64,000 nt of DNA, taken from positions 34,966-98,965 of the forward strand of contig CAYTFE010000005.1 in the NCBI GenBank assembly GCA_964437115.1. Reading direction: 5' to 3'. The translations under genes and the position numbers were made by a program. The stretch is from an uncultured Fibrobacteraceae bacterium. GTDB taxonomy: Bacteria > Krumholzibacteriota > Krumholzibacteriia > LZORAL124-64-63. Below the pieces are notes generated by a model. That model was not told the DNA's origin. It worked only from the letters and a program-made list of their open reading frames with translations, and ran no database searches. The first letter of the stretch is position 1. Every line of letters starts with the position of its first letter. Shown in pieces: positions 46,139-55,643 of this stretch.

Positions 46139-47131
46139 ATGTCTAGCAACAATATCCAAAAGATTCAATCAGCCAGAAATGCTCACGAAAAACTAGTGAT
46201 ATTGCTTGAGAAAATGCGCAAATATGAGCAATCTGCTCTGCTTGTTTTTTCAGAAATATTGCATCAAAAACTGTATGAACAGTTGGGCTATTCGAGCATG
46301 CACAACTACGCAACAGATGCTCTGAAAATCCCCAGATCAACTGCATTCCACTACATCAGTTTGACCAAAAAACTTGAAGCTTTGCCTGAAACCAGAAAAG
46401 CAGTTGAAAGTGGCGAGCTTGGCTGGACTAAAGCAAAAGAAGTTGTAAAAGTTGCAACTCTCGAAACAGAAAATCAGTGGGTGGCAGAAGCCAAAAAGTC
46501 TACCCGGGTAGACTTTATTGAGAAAGCAAAACAAGCCAAGCAGATTGCGAAAAATGAATCAAAACAACAACCTGATCTGATTCCTGTTGAATCACTCCCA
46601 AAAGCAGAGCCCAAAGTTTCAACATCGTTGAGTCTCTCAGTTGAACAGATGGAGCGATTCAATGCGTTGATTGAAAAGATGCGCAAGCAAGGCGAAACCG
46701 GAACTCGTGAAGAATTGCTTATCAAAGCACTCACAGATTCAACTTCTGAAAAGTCCACGCGCGTGGAATCTGCTCCATCAACCCAAATCGTAATTCGTCA
46801 TTGCCCCGATTGTGGAAAAGCTGAGACCGGAGCTGGTGAAATCAGCCAGAATGACCTTGAGAAAGCGTACTGTGATGCTAGTGTGCTGGAAAATGGGAGA
46901 AACAAATCGACAATAAAGCCCTCAGTGAGGCGTGAGGTTTTGAGTCGAGACAATCACACTTGTCAGGGCAAAGGTTGTAGCTCAAAAAGGTATCTGGAAG
47001 TACATCACAAGGTGCCGCGGTCAGCTGGTGGGAGTAACGATGAGTCAAATCTGATAACTCTGTGTTCGGCTTGTCATAGTTTTGTTCATAATCGGCGAAG
47101 TAATCTGATTGATACGGTTTGTAGTATATAG
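46139..47131 (+). CDS. HNH endonuclease with long helical (DUF222-like) N-terminus
   Basis: C-terminal 'CQGKGC..LEVHHKVPRSAGGSNDESNLITLCSACH'; internal CPDC; AT-rich upstream region with TTGATT-16-TATATT. Confidence 0.85.
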   Translation: MSSNNIQKIQSARNAHEKLVILLEKMRKYEQSALLVFSEILHQKLYEQLGYSSMHNYATDALKIPRSTAFHYISLTKKLEALPETRKAVESGELGWTKAKEVVKVATLETENQWVAEAKKSTRVDFIEKAKQAKQIAKNESKQQPDLIPVESLPKAEPKVSTSLSLSVEQMERFNALIEKMRKQGETGTREELLIKALTDSTSEKSTRVESAPSTQIVIRHCPDCGKAETGAGEISQNDLEKAYCDASVLENGRNKSTIKPSVRREVLSRDNHTCQGKGCSSKRYLEVHHKVPRSAGGSNDESNLITLCSACHSFVHNRRSNLIDTVCSI

Positions 47132-47194
47132 TAACCAGCAACTGGACATAAGATATTTGAAATAAGAACGGACTGACAGAGAGCGAGAGTGGAT

Positions 47195-47284
47195 ATGCTG
47201 GAGTTTATTTACGCTGTGAAGCCGACGCGCTTGGAAATGCTGAGCGAGGGTTCGACTGAGAATGAGTCTGCTCAACATCGTTAG
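47195..47284 (+). pseudogene. 5' fragment of a YciI-like gene
   Basis: MLEFIYAVKPTRLEMLSEGSTENES resembles the N-terminus of YciI-like proteins, then runs into inverted CTD sequence and stops. Confidence 0.5.
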
Positions 47285-47721
47285 CAACAAGTTTCAGATA
47301 GTAAACACCCGATGGTACAGCGGCACCATTGTCATTGTACCCGTTCCATACTTCCTGGTGTTGTCCAGCTCCCTGTGGTTGGTCCACAATAACAGCAACC
47401 AGTCGGCCTTTTGCATCAAAGATCGATAAGTTGACCATACCTGGTTCACGCAAATCATAGCTCAAGGTTGTTTGCGGGTTAAAAGGATTTGGATGACAAG
47501 ACCAGAGCTTGGTAGCTAATACTGGAGGGATATCGGGGATTGGATCCGGATCTGGTGAGATCCCTGTTGCAGCATCAAGATTAAACAATTCACTCAAAAC
47601 CCATATCCAGGCTCCTGATTGACAAGTAGGGAAGGTCGCGGGATTCATTCTGACTGTTTGCAGAAACATTCAGAACAGAAATCAACAGCAAGGCAATAAT
47701 GAGGATACTTTTTTTCATCAT
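47263..47721 (-). pseudogene. Relic of a CTD-bearing secreted protein (signal peptide plus CTD, core missing, 3' end lost)
   Basis: ATG 47721 gives MMKKSILIIALLLISVLNVSA... with a stop at 47590. Another frame gives linker + CHPNPFNP...WNG...SGVYYLKL, lacking the terminal K/R strand. Confidence 0.65.
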
Positions 47722-47769
47722 ACAGTGCTCAGTTCATCCAGGGTTCAAGTTTCATTATTATAATCTACA

Positions 47770-47803
47770 CAACTACCACTGTTAACGTCAGCAGTGGTAG
47801 TTG
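47770..47803. terminator. Hairpin downstream of the MscS gene
   Basis: CAACTACCACTG-10 nt-CAGTGGTAGTTG perfect 12-bp inverted repeat. Confidence 0.65.
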
Positions 47804-47834
47804 GTTGTTTAATAATTTCACCTGAGTGTAGAAG

Positions 47835-48899
47835 TTATTCTTTCTCCAAATGTACAGTTTGTGTAGGGAATGCCATTTCTACATTCATACCATCAAGCAG
47901 GTCCATAATCGAGAGGCTGATATCCTGTTTGACTTGAGAGAAGCCATCATAGCCAGTTTCAATTGTGAAATATTTAAATTCGATGTCCAGGGTTGAGTCA
48001 CCAAAGTTTGTGAAACGTACATTCTGATCATCGGGGTCAACTCCAGGGTGATCGATAAGCAATTTTTCGATACCGGAAATTACCTGTCTGATCTGATTTG
48101 GAGTTGTGTCATAAGTCAGTCCAATTTGCATCAATACTTTTCTGCGTGGTCTTACTGAAGTATTTTCAACAGTCGCATTTGCCATCTCTGCATTTGGAAT
48201 TGAGATCATAGTTTTATCAAAAGTTCTAATCCTGGTTGATCGCAAGCCAATTTCTGAAACTACGCCGGTACTAGAGCCGGTAGTAATTATGTCACCAACT
48301 TTAAATGGTCTATCAATCAATATTGTTACTGATCCAAACAGATTTGCCAGAGTATCTTTTGCTGCCATGGCAAGTGCCAGACCACCAATACCAAGTCCAG
48401 CAACCATTCCAGTTATCGAAACACCAAGATTTTGCAGCACCATTACAAAAGTTATTATACCTACAAATACTTTTGAAGTTTTACGGAGTAAGGGAACAAT
48501 CTGGTCGTCAAAAGATGTTTCGGTCTTGTCGGCAAGAAGGATGAAAAACAGAGATGCTGCATCAATCAGTTTTAGAACAACGCGAGCAATCATAATAGTT
48601 ACGATAACATCGAAAGCTATCTTGCTTCGCTCGAGCAGCAGCAAGTGTTCGCTGGCAAGAGTTCGCAAAGCTAAATAAACAGCTATTAAAATTACCACGT
48701 TTCCAAGAGGAGAGACGACCGCCTTTATTGCAATGTCATCGGCTTCAGTTTCTGTTTTTTTGGTAAGCGCGAGCGCTTTTTTTGCAATAAAACTTGTTAT
48801 AATAAAGCGCACAATTAAACCAACAAAAATTATCGCCAATGCCGTCAGGAGTTCTCCATAAGTCCATTGTCCCATTGTTTTGGCTAAAAAATCAGTCAT
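47835..48899 (-). CDS. Small-conductance mechanosensitive channel (MscS family)
   Basis: 'GLGIGGLALAMAAKDTLANLFGS', 'DRPFKVGD', 'IGLRSTRIRTFD', 'AFPTQT'. Confidence 0.93.
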   Translation of the reverse strand: MTDFLAKTMGQWTYGELLTALAIIFVGLIVRFIITSFIAKKALALTKKTETEADDIAIKAVVSPLGNVVILIAVYLALRTLASEHLLLLERSKIAFDVIVTIMIARVVLKLIDAASLFFILLADKTETSFDDQIVPLLRKTSKVFVGIITFVMVLQNLGVSITGMVAGLGIGGLALAMAAKDTLANLFGSVTILIDRPFKVGDIITTGSSTGVVSEIGLRSTRIRTFDKTMISIPNAEMANATVENTSVRPRRKVLMQIGLTYDTTPNQIRQVISGIEKLLIDHPGVDPDDQNVRFTNFGDSTLDIEFKYFTIETGYDGFSQVKQDISLSIMDLLDGMNVEMAFPTQTVHLEKE

Positions 48900-50550
48900 T
48901 GTTCTCCTTCATAAAACCGCACCTGTCAAACAGATCAACTGCAGTTTCAGTTATTGCCTTATTTTCGCCATTAATATCACTATCGAGTTCAAGAAAACTT
49001 AGAAATGCTGCACAGCTTTTCTCAATTTCAGAAGGTGGCAAAATCAATTGTGATTCATCATACATAAACGGCATAGTCGTGTCACTTTTAATCATCGCTT
49101 CACGCAGAGCAAATCTTGCTTCTGCAAATTTTCCCAATGCGATATCACTCAATGCCAAATAAATTAATGGTTGTGGCATTTGGCCCCAGAATTTCAAAAT
49201 CGGCCCAGCATCAACAAGTATAATTGCATCTTTTGGGGTGGAGCTGTCCAGCCTGGTTTTCCAGGACAGGTCTATGCCTTCAAGTGCAAGCAGTGAAACT
49301 ATTGTCTGCCCACCGATTGCGTTGTAGATTGGCGTAGGTTTCAGCAGACTAGTATTTTTCCTGTCTGAAGGTTGTAATATCACAACCGGGTTGTTCTGGA
49401 AAGTACGAATCTTCGAGACAGCTGCATATGAAATTGAAGTTTTGTATACAACCGGATCTGCTGCTAAACCATCACTGGCGCGCAGGGAGATTCTGGCTTC
49501 CATCAGCCCAAAACCGATCAGCAGCATCATAAACGACATAATAACTGATTTTTTTACAGAGAAACTGAATTGGCTGACCGCAAGTTGAGCAACCAGAATG
49601 TAAAACGGAATTGCAGCCAAAAATGCCATGTAAGGATAATGATGTGTTTTCAATGCCAGGGCTGGAGCAATCGATGCCAATGAAGAAATCAGTAATATAG
49701 CTGGAACTGAATCATTGTTACGCCAGGTTTTAAAACTATATATTCCCCATAGCAACCAGACTGAAAGCCCTGCAATTAATTCCATTAGTCCCAGTTTAAT
49801 TGTATATGGAATACCGGGCGATAGCATCCACCAGCCATATCCTGCAAGATGAGTGAAAACAGACTGTAGATTTCCAAGCGCATATGGCATGCCAGGGGTG
49901 TGCTTGAATGTATTTAGAACCAGCCAGCCTTCGAAAATTGCAAGAGCTCCCAGAAGAGCAATTACCAGCCAATGCTTCCATGTTTTGCTGACGAAAATAA
50001 ATGGCAGAATCAATGGTAGCAGGATTGCATTTTCTTTTGAGAGAATCGATAAAATGCCAAGCAGAAGAACTGGCCAGATTCTGTTTTGCAAAGCAAAGTC
50101 AATTGCTCGCAACGCAAATAAGGCACCAAGCAGAGTCTGAACTCCACTTGCCCAATACAATGGCGTAAAAGCCAGCGGAGAAGCAGCAACAAGTAGCCCG
50201 GCAAAAAGGCGGGGCAGTTTTTCCATACCAAGGTGTTTACAGATTCTTACTGTAGTCCAGCTGATGCCACCAAAAAGAAGCAAGCGCACAAATGCCCAGC
50301 CTTGTGCGTTATCGCCAAAGATTGGATGAAATATTTCCCAGAAGACTACCTGGCTGAAAATGCGCGGCGATGGTCCATCGGCAAAAGCTACATTTGCTGC
50401 ACGGGCAAGCAGATTCCAGTCGTCAAGGTTCCACCATGCGCCAAGAGCGGGTAATCGACAAAGAACTGCTCCAATGGCGACAATAAGTCCAATTGGCAGG
50501 AGTTGTTTTGCTTCATATTGAGAATTGTTGGTTTTTGTATTATTGTTCAT
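48892..50550 (-). CDS. Multi-TM membrane protein, GT-C/ArnT-like fold suspected
   Basis: 'WWNLDDWNLL' acidic motif after TM1, 'SKENAI', about 10 TM segments and a soluble C-terminal region. Confidence 0.55.
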   Translation of the reverse strand: MNNNTKTNNSQYEAKQLLPIGLIVAIGAVLCRLPALGAWWNLDDWNLLARAANVAFADGPSPRIFSQVVFWEIFHPIFGDNAQGWAFVRLLLFGGISWTTVRICKHLGMEKLPRLFAGLLVAASPLAFTPLYWASGVQTLLGALFALRAIDFALQNRIWPVLLLGILSILSKENAILLPLILPFIFVSKTWKHWLVIALLGALAIFEGWLVLNTFKHTPGMPYALGNLQSVFTHLAGYGWWMLSPGIPYTIKLGLMELIAGLSVWLLWGIYSFKTWRNNDSVPAILLISSLASIAPALALKTHHYPYMAFLAAIPFYILVAQLAVSQFSFSVKKSVIMSFMMLLIGFGLMEARISLRASDGLAADPVVYKTSISYAAVSKIRTFQNNPVVILQPSDRKNTSLLKPTPIYNAIGGQTIVSLLALEGIDLSWKTRLDSSTPKDAIILVDAGPILKFWGQMPQPLIYLALSDIALGKFAEARFALREAMIKSDTTMPFMYDESQLILPPSEIEKSCAAFLSFLELDSDINGENKAITETAVDLFDRCGFMKENND

Positions 50551-50622
50551 TGCTTGAAACTAATGGCTTTTGGGCTGTTGGGCAATGATTCGTTAACTAC
50601 AAGTTCGGAGTTGAGAGTAATA

Positions 50623-51261
50623 ATGAAGAAATTTTTACCACTAATATTGCTGCTTCTGGTTATTGGTGCATGCAGCCCTGAAATTCCCGGTGCAATTTCA
50701 ATGGACGATGCACAAAAAGAAGCCTGGGAAATCAGACTTGTTGAAATGCGTATAGATAGAAACGAAAGATTTATGGATCCAGAACAGAGTCCACTTCTGC
50801 CAGCCGACCAGGCAGGCTTTATCGGGCTCAATTATTATTATCCAGATGAATCACTCAGGTTTGTTACAAAGTTTGAAAAAGCAAACTCTGAAGAGACAGT
50901 TGTCATGGAAAAACGCAGTGGCAAAAAAGTTGAGTACCTGCGTAAAGGCTCTGTAAGCTTTAAAATCGACGAAGAAATCCACACTCTATGGGCTTATGGT
51001 CCTGTTGATACAACTAAGCATGGGGACTATCTCTGGCTTCCATTCTACGATGCAACAACCGGTAAAGAAACTTATGCTGGTGGACGTTATCTTGACCTGA
51101 AAATTGATGATGACGGAACTGTAGAACTTGATTTCAACTTTGCCTACAATCCTCTCTGCGATTACAACACTGTAGATTATAACTGCACAATGCCTCCTGC
51201 AGACAACACCCTCAATTTTGAGGTAACAGCTGGTGAAAAATCATTTCACCTGGAGTTATAG
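50623..51261 (+). CDS. DUF1684 family lipoprotein
   Basis: Start ATG 50623; lipobox VIGAC; 'PFYDATTGKETYAGGRYLD', 'LDFNFAYNP.C'. Confidence 0.9.
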   Translation: MKKFLPLILLLLVIGACSPEIPGAISMDDAQKEAWEIRLVEMRIDRNERFMDPEQSPLLPADQAGFIGLNYYYPDESLRFVTKFEKANSEETVVMEKRSGKKVEYLRKGSVSFKIDEEIHTLWAYGPVDTTKHGDYLWLPFYDATTGKETYAGGRYLDLKIDDDGTVELDFNFAYNPLCDYNTVDYNCTMPPADNTLNFEVTAGEKSFHLEL

Positions 51262-51797
51262 TGCCGGGGCTTTCTGAATTATCTTTTTTAGGTGTCTGGG
51301 GTTTGTTTTTTCTCTGGGCACTGTTGCTGGTTGTCTCTTCGTTGTTGGTCTATCTGGGCCTTGGCGGAACGATGGCAGTTTTTATGCTCGCCCTTACTCA
51401 TGGTGTATTTACCGGTTTTGACCCGATATCATGGAAATTGCTAGCTATTCTTGGTGGTTTAGTGATTCTGGCCGAGAGCGTGGAATCCTTGCTTGGAGTT
51501 CTCTACACAGCCAAAATGGGTGCAACCAAAAGTGGAGTAGTTGGCGCATTTATCGGTGGTATTGCCGGTGCTTTTGTTGGTAGTGGTATTGCTCCGGTTT
51601 TTGGTACTTTGATGGGTGGCTTTTTTGGCGCTTTTGGAGGTGCCGTTCTTGGTGAATATATCAGAGAGAAAAGGCTGGAAGAGAGCTTGCGCATCGGTGT
51701 TCATGCATTTATAGGTAAACTGCTGGCAATATTGTTCAAGCACATTGTTGCGCTTGTAATGGTCGGCTTGATTTTACGAGCTACCTGGCCCAGTTGA
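51261..51797 (+). CDS. DUF456 family membrane protein
   Basis: Gly-rich TM segments; 'GATKSGVVGAFIGG', 'GAFGGAVLGEY'; GTG start. Confidence 0.82.
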   Translation: MPGLSELSFLGVWGLFFLWALLLVVSSLLVYLGLGGTMAVFMLALTHGVFTGFDPISWKLLAILGGLVILAESVESLLGVLYTAKMGATKSGVVGAFIGGIAGAFVGSGIAPVFGTLMGGFFGAFGGAVLGEYIREKRLEESLRIGVHAFIGKLLAILFKHIVALVMVGLILRATWPS

Positions 51798-52338
51798 TTT
51801 CTATCATTACAGAATAGTGACTCGCCCAGACTTCCAGATCTTTGCCAACTGACCCGCTGTAATAAATTTGAGGGCCGATTTCCATGCCTTCAAATTTAAA
51901 CACATAGCCAACAGCACAACTCACTGCTGAGCCAAAGTCTCTTTTTCTGTGCCAGTCACCTCGTTCAAGATAGTCTACACCGGTAAAAGAGATGCCAGCT
52001 CCAGGTCGAACATAAAAATTGTTTTGTCCAGGGAACCAGGTCGCTACTGGTGTAATTACCAGGTGATCAAAATCAAAAGTGCCAGTTCTGGACCAGCTGT
52101 CGATCACCAGGCCAGGCCTGAAATCATGAAGCAGGACATATCCCAGTTGTAGTTGTATACTGTAGCCTTGTTCTGCAGCATAAAGTTGAGGATCACGGGA
52201 GTAGTCGTCGAAAATATGAAAAGCGTTGTTGCGCATTTCGCCACTGCCAACTCCAGTACTGAAGCCGTAGAAAAAATCACCCTCGTATGCAAGAAGAGGG
52301 ACAGCAAAAAGTAACAGACAGACAATCAAAGTTTTCAT
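51781..52338 (-). CDS. Small outer-membrane beta-barrel protein
   Basis: Start ATG 52338; signal peptide; alternating strands; ends EINWAR. Confidence 0.65.
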   Translation of the reverse strand: MKTLIVCLLLFAVPLLAYEGDFFYGFSTGVGSGEMRNNAFHIFDDYSRDPQLYAAEQGYSIQLQLGYVLLHDFRPGLVIDSWSRTGTFDFDHLVITPVATWFPGQNNFYVRPGAGISFTGVDYLERGDWHRKRDFGSAVSCAVGYVFKFEGMEIGPQIYYSGSVGKDLEVWASHYSVMIEINWAR

Positions 52339-52372
52339 GAGTTGAAAGTACAACTCTTATAAGGCATCGGCA

Positions 52373-53650
52373 ATGAACAGTTTTTGGAAAAAGTTTACAG
52401 ACGGCAAAGATGTTCCAGCATTGGAACTGCTTACCCTGCAACGATACATGTTTGGCATGTTGTTCCAGGGTGTCTGGTGGGCTGGTTATGTAATGTTTCC
52501 GTTTGTGCTTGGCAAAAGTCTTGGTGCTCCCGGTTGGTTGATAACAGTTGTTGTAACAATGGACACTGCTGGAATGTTGCTGGCTCTTTACTGGGGTCAC
52601 TTGATGGCATCTGGTGGTAGGCGCAGGGGGTTGTTCTGGGGTGGACTGTTAGGAAGATTTATCCTGGTTCTGATGCCACTTTCCGGTAGTATGGTCTGGT
52701 TTGTTGTATTGGTCGCGATGGTAAACACTTTTACCGCAATTCTTTACCCGGCCATGAATGGAATATTTCAGGCAAATATTCATCCTGACAGACAAGGTCG
52801 ATACTTTGGTTACGGCGCATTTATTCAACACACAATGGTCATACTTTCCAGTCTTGTAATCGGTAAAATACTCAGTGATGATCCAGCTTCGTATCAATAT
52901 ATTTATCCGGTTATCGGAATTTGCGGGTTTGTCTATATGTTCATTCTGGCGCGTTTGCCAAGACCGGAAGATGACAAAACCCATGACCCTGAACCGTGGT
53001 CCATACCAGGGTTTTCAGGAAAAATTCCATCATACAAATCACTGTTGAAACCATTTCAAGATGCCAGGGATACTTTTTCAATCGACAAGAAATTTCTATG
53101 GTATGAGATGAATTTCATGCTCTACGGTTTTGCATTTATGATGTTGAGCTCTGTTGTGCCATTGTATTTTATTAATAAACTAAATCTCGGTTACGACGAA
53201 ATCACCAACGCAAGATTGTTGATTGCCTCAGCCGGTGTGGCTCTGTTTGGTCCTCTGATGGGTAAGCTGATGGATAAATACAAACCGGCAACGCTCTGTT
53301 GCGTATCGTTCACTATCCTTGGATTTTACCCGATTGCATTGCTTGTTGCCGAAGGCTCAACCTGGGCAGCTCCTGTGACGATGGCCTACATCGCATTCGC
53401 AGTTTATTCGCTCGGAATGAGTGGAGTCAATGTTGCATGGCATGTTGGTTCTATCAGTTTTGCTCCAAAAGGTGAGGGCGGATATTATCAGGGCATCCAT
53501 GTAGCGATGGTCGGTGTGCGAGGTGTTTTCGGTCCGCTGGTTGGCTATCTGGTAATGAAAGTCTTCGGTTATTACGAAGCCTTTGCCGTAACTGCTATTT
53601 TATTCTGGCTGGCAGCAATTTCATCGTTTGTGATGGGTAGGAAAAATTGA
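52373..53650 (+). CDS. MFS transporter
   Basis: About 12 TM segments; 'GKLMDKY' motif A-like; 'QGRYFG'. Confidence 0.85.
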   Translation: MNSFWKKFTDGKDVPALELLTLQRYMFGMLFQGVWWAGYVMFPFVLGKSLGAPGWLITVVVTMDTAGMLLALYWGHLMASGGRRRGLFWGGLLGRFILVLMPLSGSMVWFVVLVAMVNTFTAILYPAMNGIFQANIHPDRQGRYFGYGAFIQHTMVILSSLVIGKILSDDPASYQYIYPVIGICGFVYMFILARLPRPEDDKTHDPEPWSIPGFSGKIPSYKSLLKPFQDARDTFSIDKKFLWYEMNFMLYGFAFMMLSSVVPLYFINKLNLGYDEITNARLLIASAGVALFGPLMGKLMDKYKPATLCCVSFTILGFYPIALLVAEGSTWAAPVTMAYIAFAVYSLGMSGVNVAWHVGSISFAPKGEGGYYQGIHVAMVGVRGVFGPLVGYLVMKVFGYYEAFAVTAILFWLAAISSFVMGRKN

Positions 53651-53955
53651 TGAGTTCTATCAAGGTTTTCAACGGACTGTTGGTTGTGGATCTTTTGTTG
53701 CCGGGATGTTCCAGCTTGAAAGATCGGCGTAAACCGTTACGTTCACTTTTGCAGAAGCTGCACAATCAGGATTTCAGTGCTGCGCAGTTTGGAGATGCAG
53801 ATTTGCATCAGAGAGTTTTTCTTGCTGTTTCAGTTGTTTCGGGTAATGCTGTGAAACTGGAAGAATTGTTGGATGCTGCTGAGAGAATTATTCTTGGTTC
53901 CAGTTTCGAGATGCGAATAATTCAGAGAGAAACAAAAACATTCAGTGAATATTGA
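53647..53955 (+). CDS. DUF503 family protein
   Basis: 'LPGCSSLKDRRKPLRSL...SAAQ...DLHQR..LAVSVVS'. Confidence 0.85.
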   Translation: MMSSIKVFNGLLVVDLLLPGCSSLKDRRKPLRSLLQKLHNQDFSAAQFGDADLHQRVFLAVSVVSGNAVKLEELLDAAERIILGSSFEMRIIQRETKTFSEY

Positions 53956-53964
53956 GGTCAGGTT

Positions 53965-54900
53965 TTGTTCGAGTTTGGATTCATCACAGAATTTGTTCTA
54001 GGTGTTATTCTGCTTATCGCAGGCGCGTGGGCCCTTGTGCATGGCGGAAGTCGTATTGCGGAAGCTTTTGGTATTCCGCCGGTTCTGGTTGGCTTGACAA
54101 TCATCGCCTGGGGAACTTCAGCACCGGAATTGATTGTTTCATTTACGGCTGCTATGGTAGGCAGCCCCGATCTGATGCTGGGTAATATTGTAGGTTCCAA
54201 CCTGGCAAACATTGGCTTGATTTTGACAACCGCGGCGTTGTTGATGCGGCCTCCAGTAGAGTCCAGGTTGTGGAAATTTGATATCCCGATGCTTTTGCTG
54301 GCTACTTTTATGCTTTCCAGTTTTTGTTACACTGGCAAAGAAATCAGTCGCTGGGAAGGTGCTTTGATGATGCTGGTTTTTGCCGGTTACACGTATCGCA
54401 TAATTTCCAATGCATTCGATAAATCAGAGTCACACGATCGTCTGAAGGGTTACCCGTACTGGCATGATATTTTGTATATAACTGCTGGTGGCATAGGATT
54501 GTTTTACGGTGGAGAATTTGTTGTTGAATCATCAATCAGGATTGCAACAAAACTGGGTGTTTCCGAGGCATTGATTGGTTTGACGATAGTTGCGGTTGGT
54601 ACCAGCCTTCCTGAAATGGCTACAACTCTGGTAGCTGCCTATCGACGGGAAACTGGTATTGCCATCGGAAATGTGGTAGGCTCTAATATGTTCAACCTAC
54701 TTGCAATTGCCGGGCCCATTGCGGTAATTAGTCCTGTAGAAGTTACTCCAGGATCCATCAAATTTTTGCCAGGGATGATTTTAATTACGGTACTTCTTCC
54801 AATCGTGATTTTCAAAACTGACAAGTTGAATAGAAGCAGAAGTGTAATATTATTAGCTGCTTATGTCTGGACAATTGCAGCATTGATTAAAGGACTCTAA
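53965..54900 (+). CDS. Calcium/sodium antiporter (YrbG family)
   Basis: Two alpha repeats, 'GTSAPEL...GNIVGSN' and 'GTSLPEM...GNVVGSN'; TTG start. Confidence 0.93.
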   Translation: MFEFGFITEFVLGVILLIAGAWALVHGGSRIAEAFGIPPVLVGLTIIAWGTSAPELIVSFTAAMVGSPDLMLGNIVGSNLANIGLILTTAALLMRPPVESRLWKFDIPMLLLATFMLSSFCYTGKEISRWEGALMMLVFAGYTYRIISNAFDKSESHDRLKGYPYWHDILYITAGGIGLFYGGEFVVESSIRIATKLGVSEALIGLTIVAVGTSLPEMATTLVAAYRRETGIAIGNVVGSNMFNLLAIAGPIAVISPVEVTPGSIKFLPGMILITVLLPIVIFKTDKLNRSRSVILLAAYVWTIAALIKGL

Positions 54901-55643
54901 TGTCGACAAAAGATTCAGAAACAACCACTCATCTTCCAGGCTCAATGGGACTTGCCAGGTTCATTTCCAAAGCTGGTTATGGTACTCGGAAGCAGGTTGA
55001 AAAGAAGGTGTCTGAGGGACACGTGAATGTGGATGGTGAAAGGATTACGGACCCAGGTTTTTCTGTTACACCTGACATGATGATTTCAATTGATGGCCAG
55101 CTGCTGGTTGAACATGACAGACATTATATTGCATTCAATAAACCTGCAGGCGTTGTAGTTTCCGGTCATTATAATCGCAGAGACAGAACTCTTGCAGAGT
55201 TTCTACCACACGATATTTTAGGACTTCAGCCAGCAGGCAGGTTGGATAGCTCGACAAGTGGTTTGCTTCTGATTTCAAATGATAATTCCTGGAATGCAGT
55301 TGCTGCCGGTGGAAATCATCTGGAAAAAGAGTTTCTGGTTACAGTGTCTGGTTCAGTTACTGATGCTGAAATTGGAGTTCTCAGTACTGGAATGATTATT
55401 CCCGGATTGGGAGCTATCAATCCTGCTAACGCAAAAATCGAAACCCAAAAAACAATGTCGACAGTAATCAGGATAAGTCTTGATGATGGAAAAGTAAGAC
55501 CGATAAGAGATCTTTTTAAAGCGCTAATGCATGATGTAGAGCAAATTCATCGAGTCAAAATCGGCCAAATTGAGCTCGGTAGCCTCCGCAGTGGAAACTA
55601 CCGACATCTCAAACCGGAAGAAATAGAAGCTATCAGAGGCTAA
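54900..55643 (+). CDS. RsuA/RluB/E/F-family pseudouridine synthase
   Basis: N-terminal S4 domain, NKPAG, catalytic 'GRLDSSTSGLLL'. Confidence 0.9.
   Translation: MSTKDSETTTHLPGSMGLARFISKAGYGTRKQVEKKVSEGHVNVDGERITDPGFSVTPDMMISIDGQLLVEHDRHYIAFNKPAGVVVSGHYNRRDRTLAEFLPHDILGLQPAGRLDSSTSGLLLISNDNSWNAVAAGGNHLEKEFLVTVSGSVTDAEIGVLSTGMIIPGLGAINPANAKIETQKTMSTVIRISLDDGKVRPIRDLFKALMHDVEQIHRVKIGQIELGSLRSGNYRHLKPEEIEAIRG

Noticed and set aside
11342-55643. Convergent genes with overlapping or abutting stops (11342-11345, 55640-55643, 5002/5004, 36166/36168)
   Set aside because: Common in compact genomes; no further structure.
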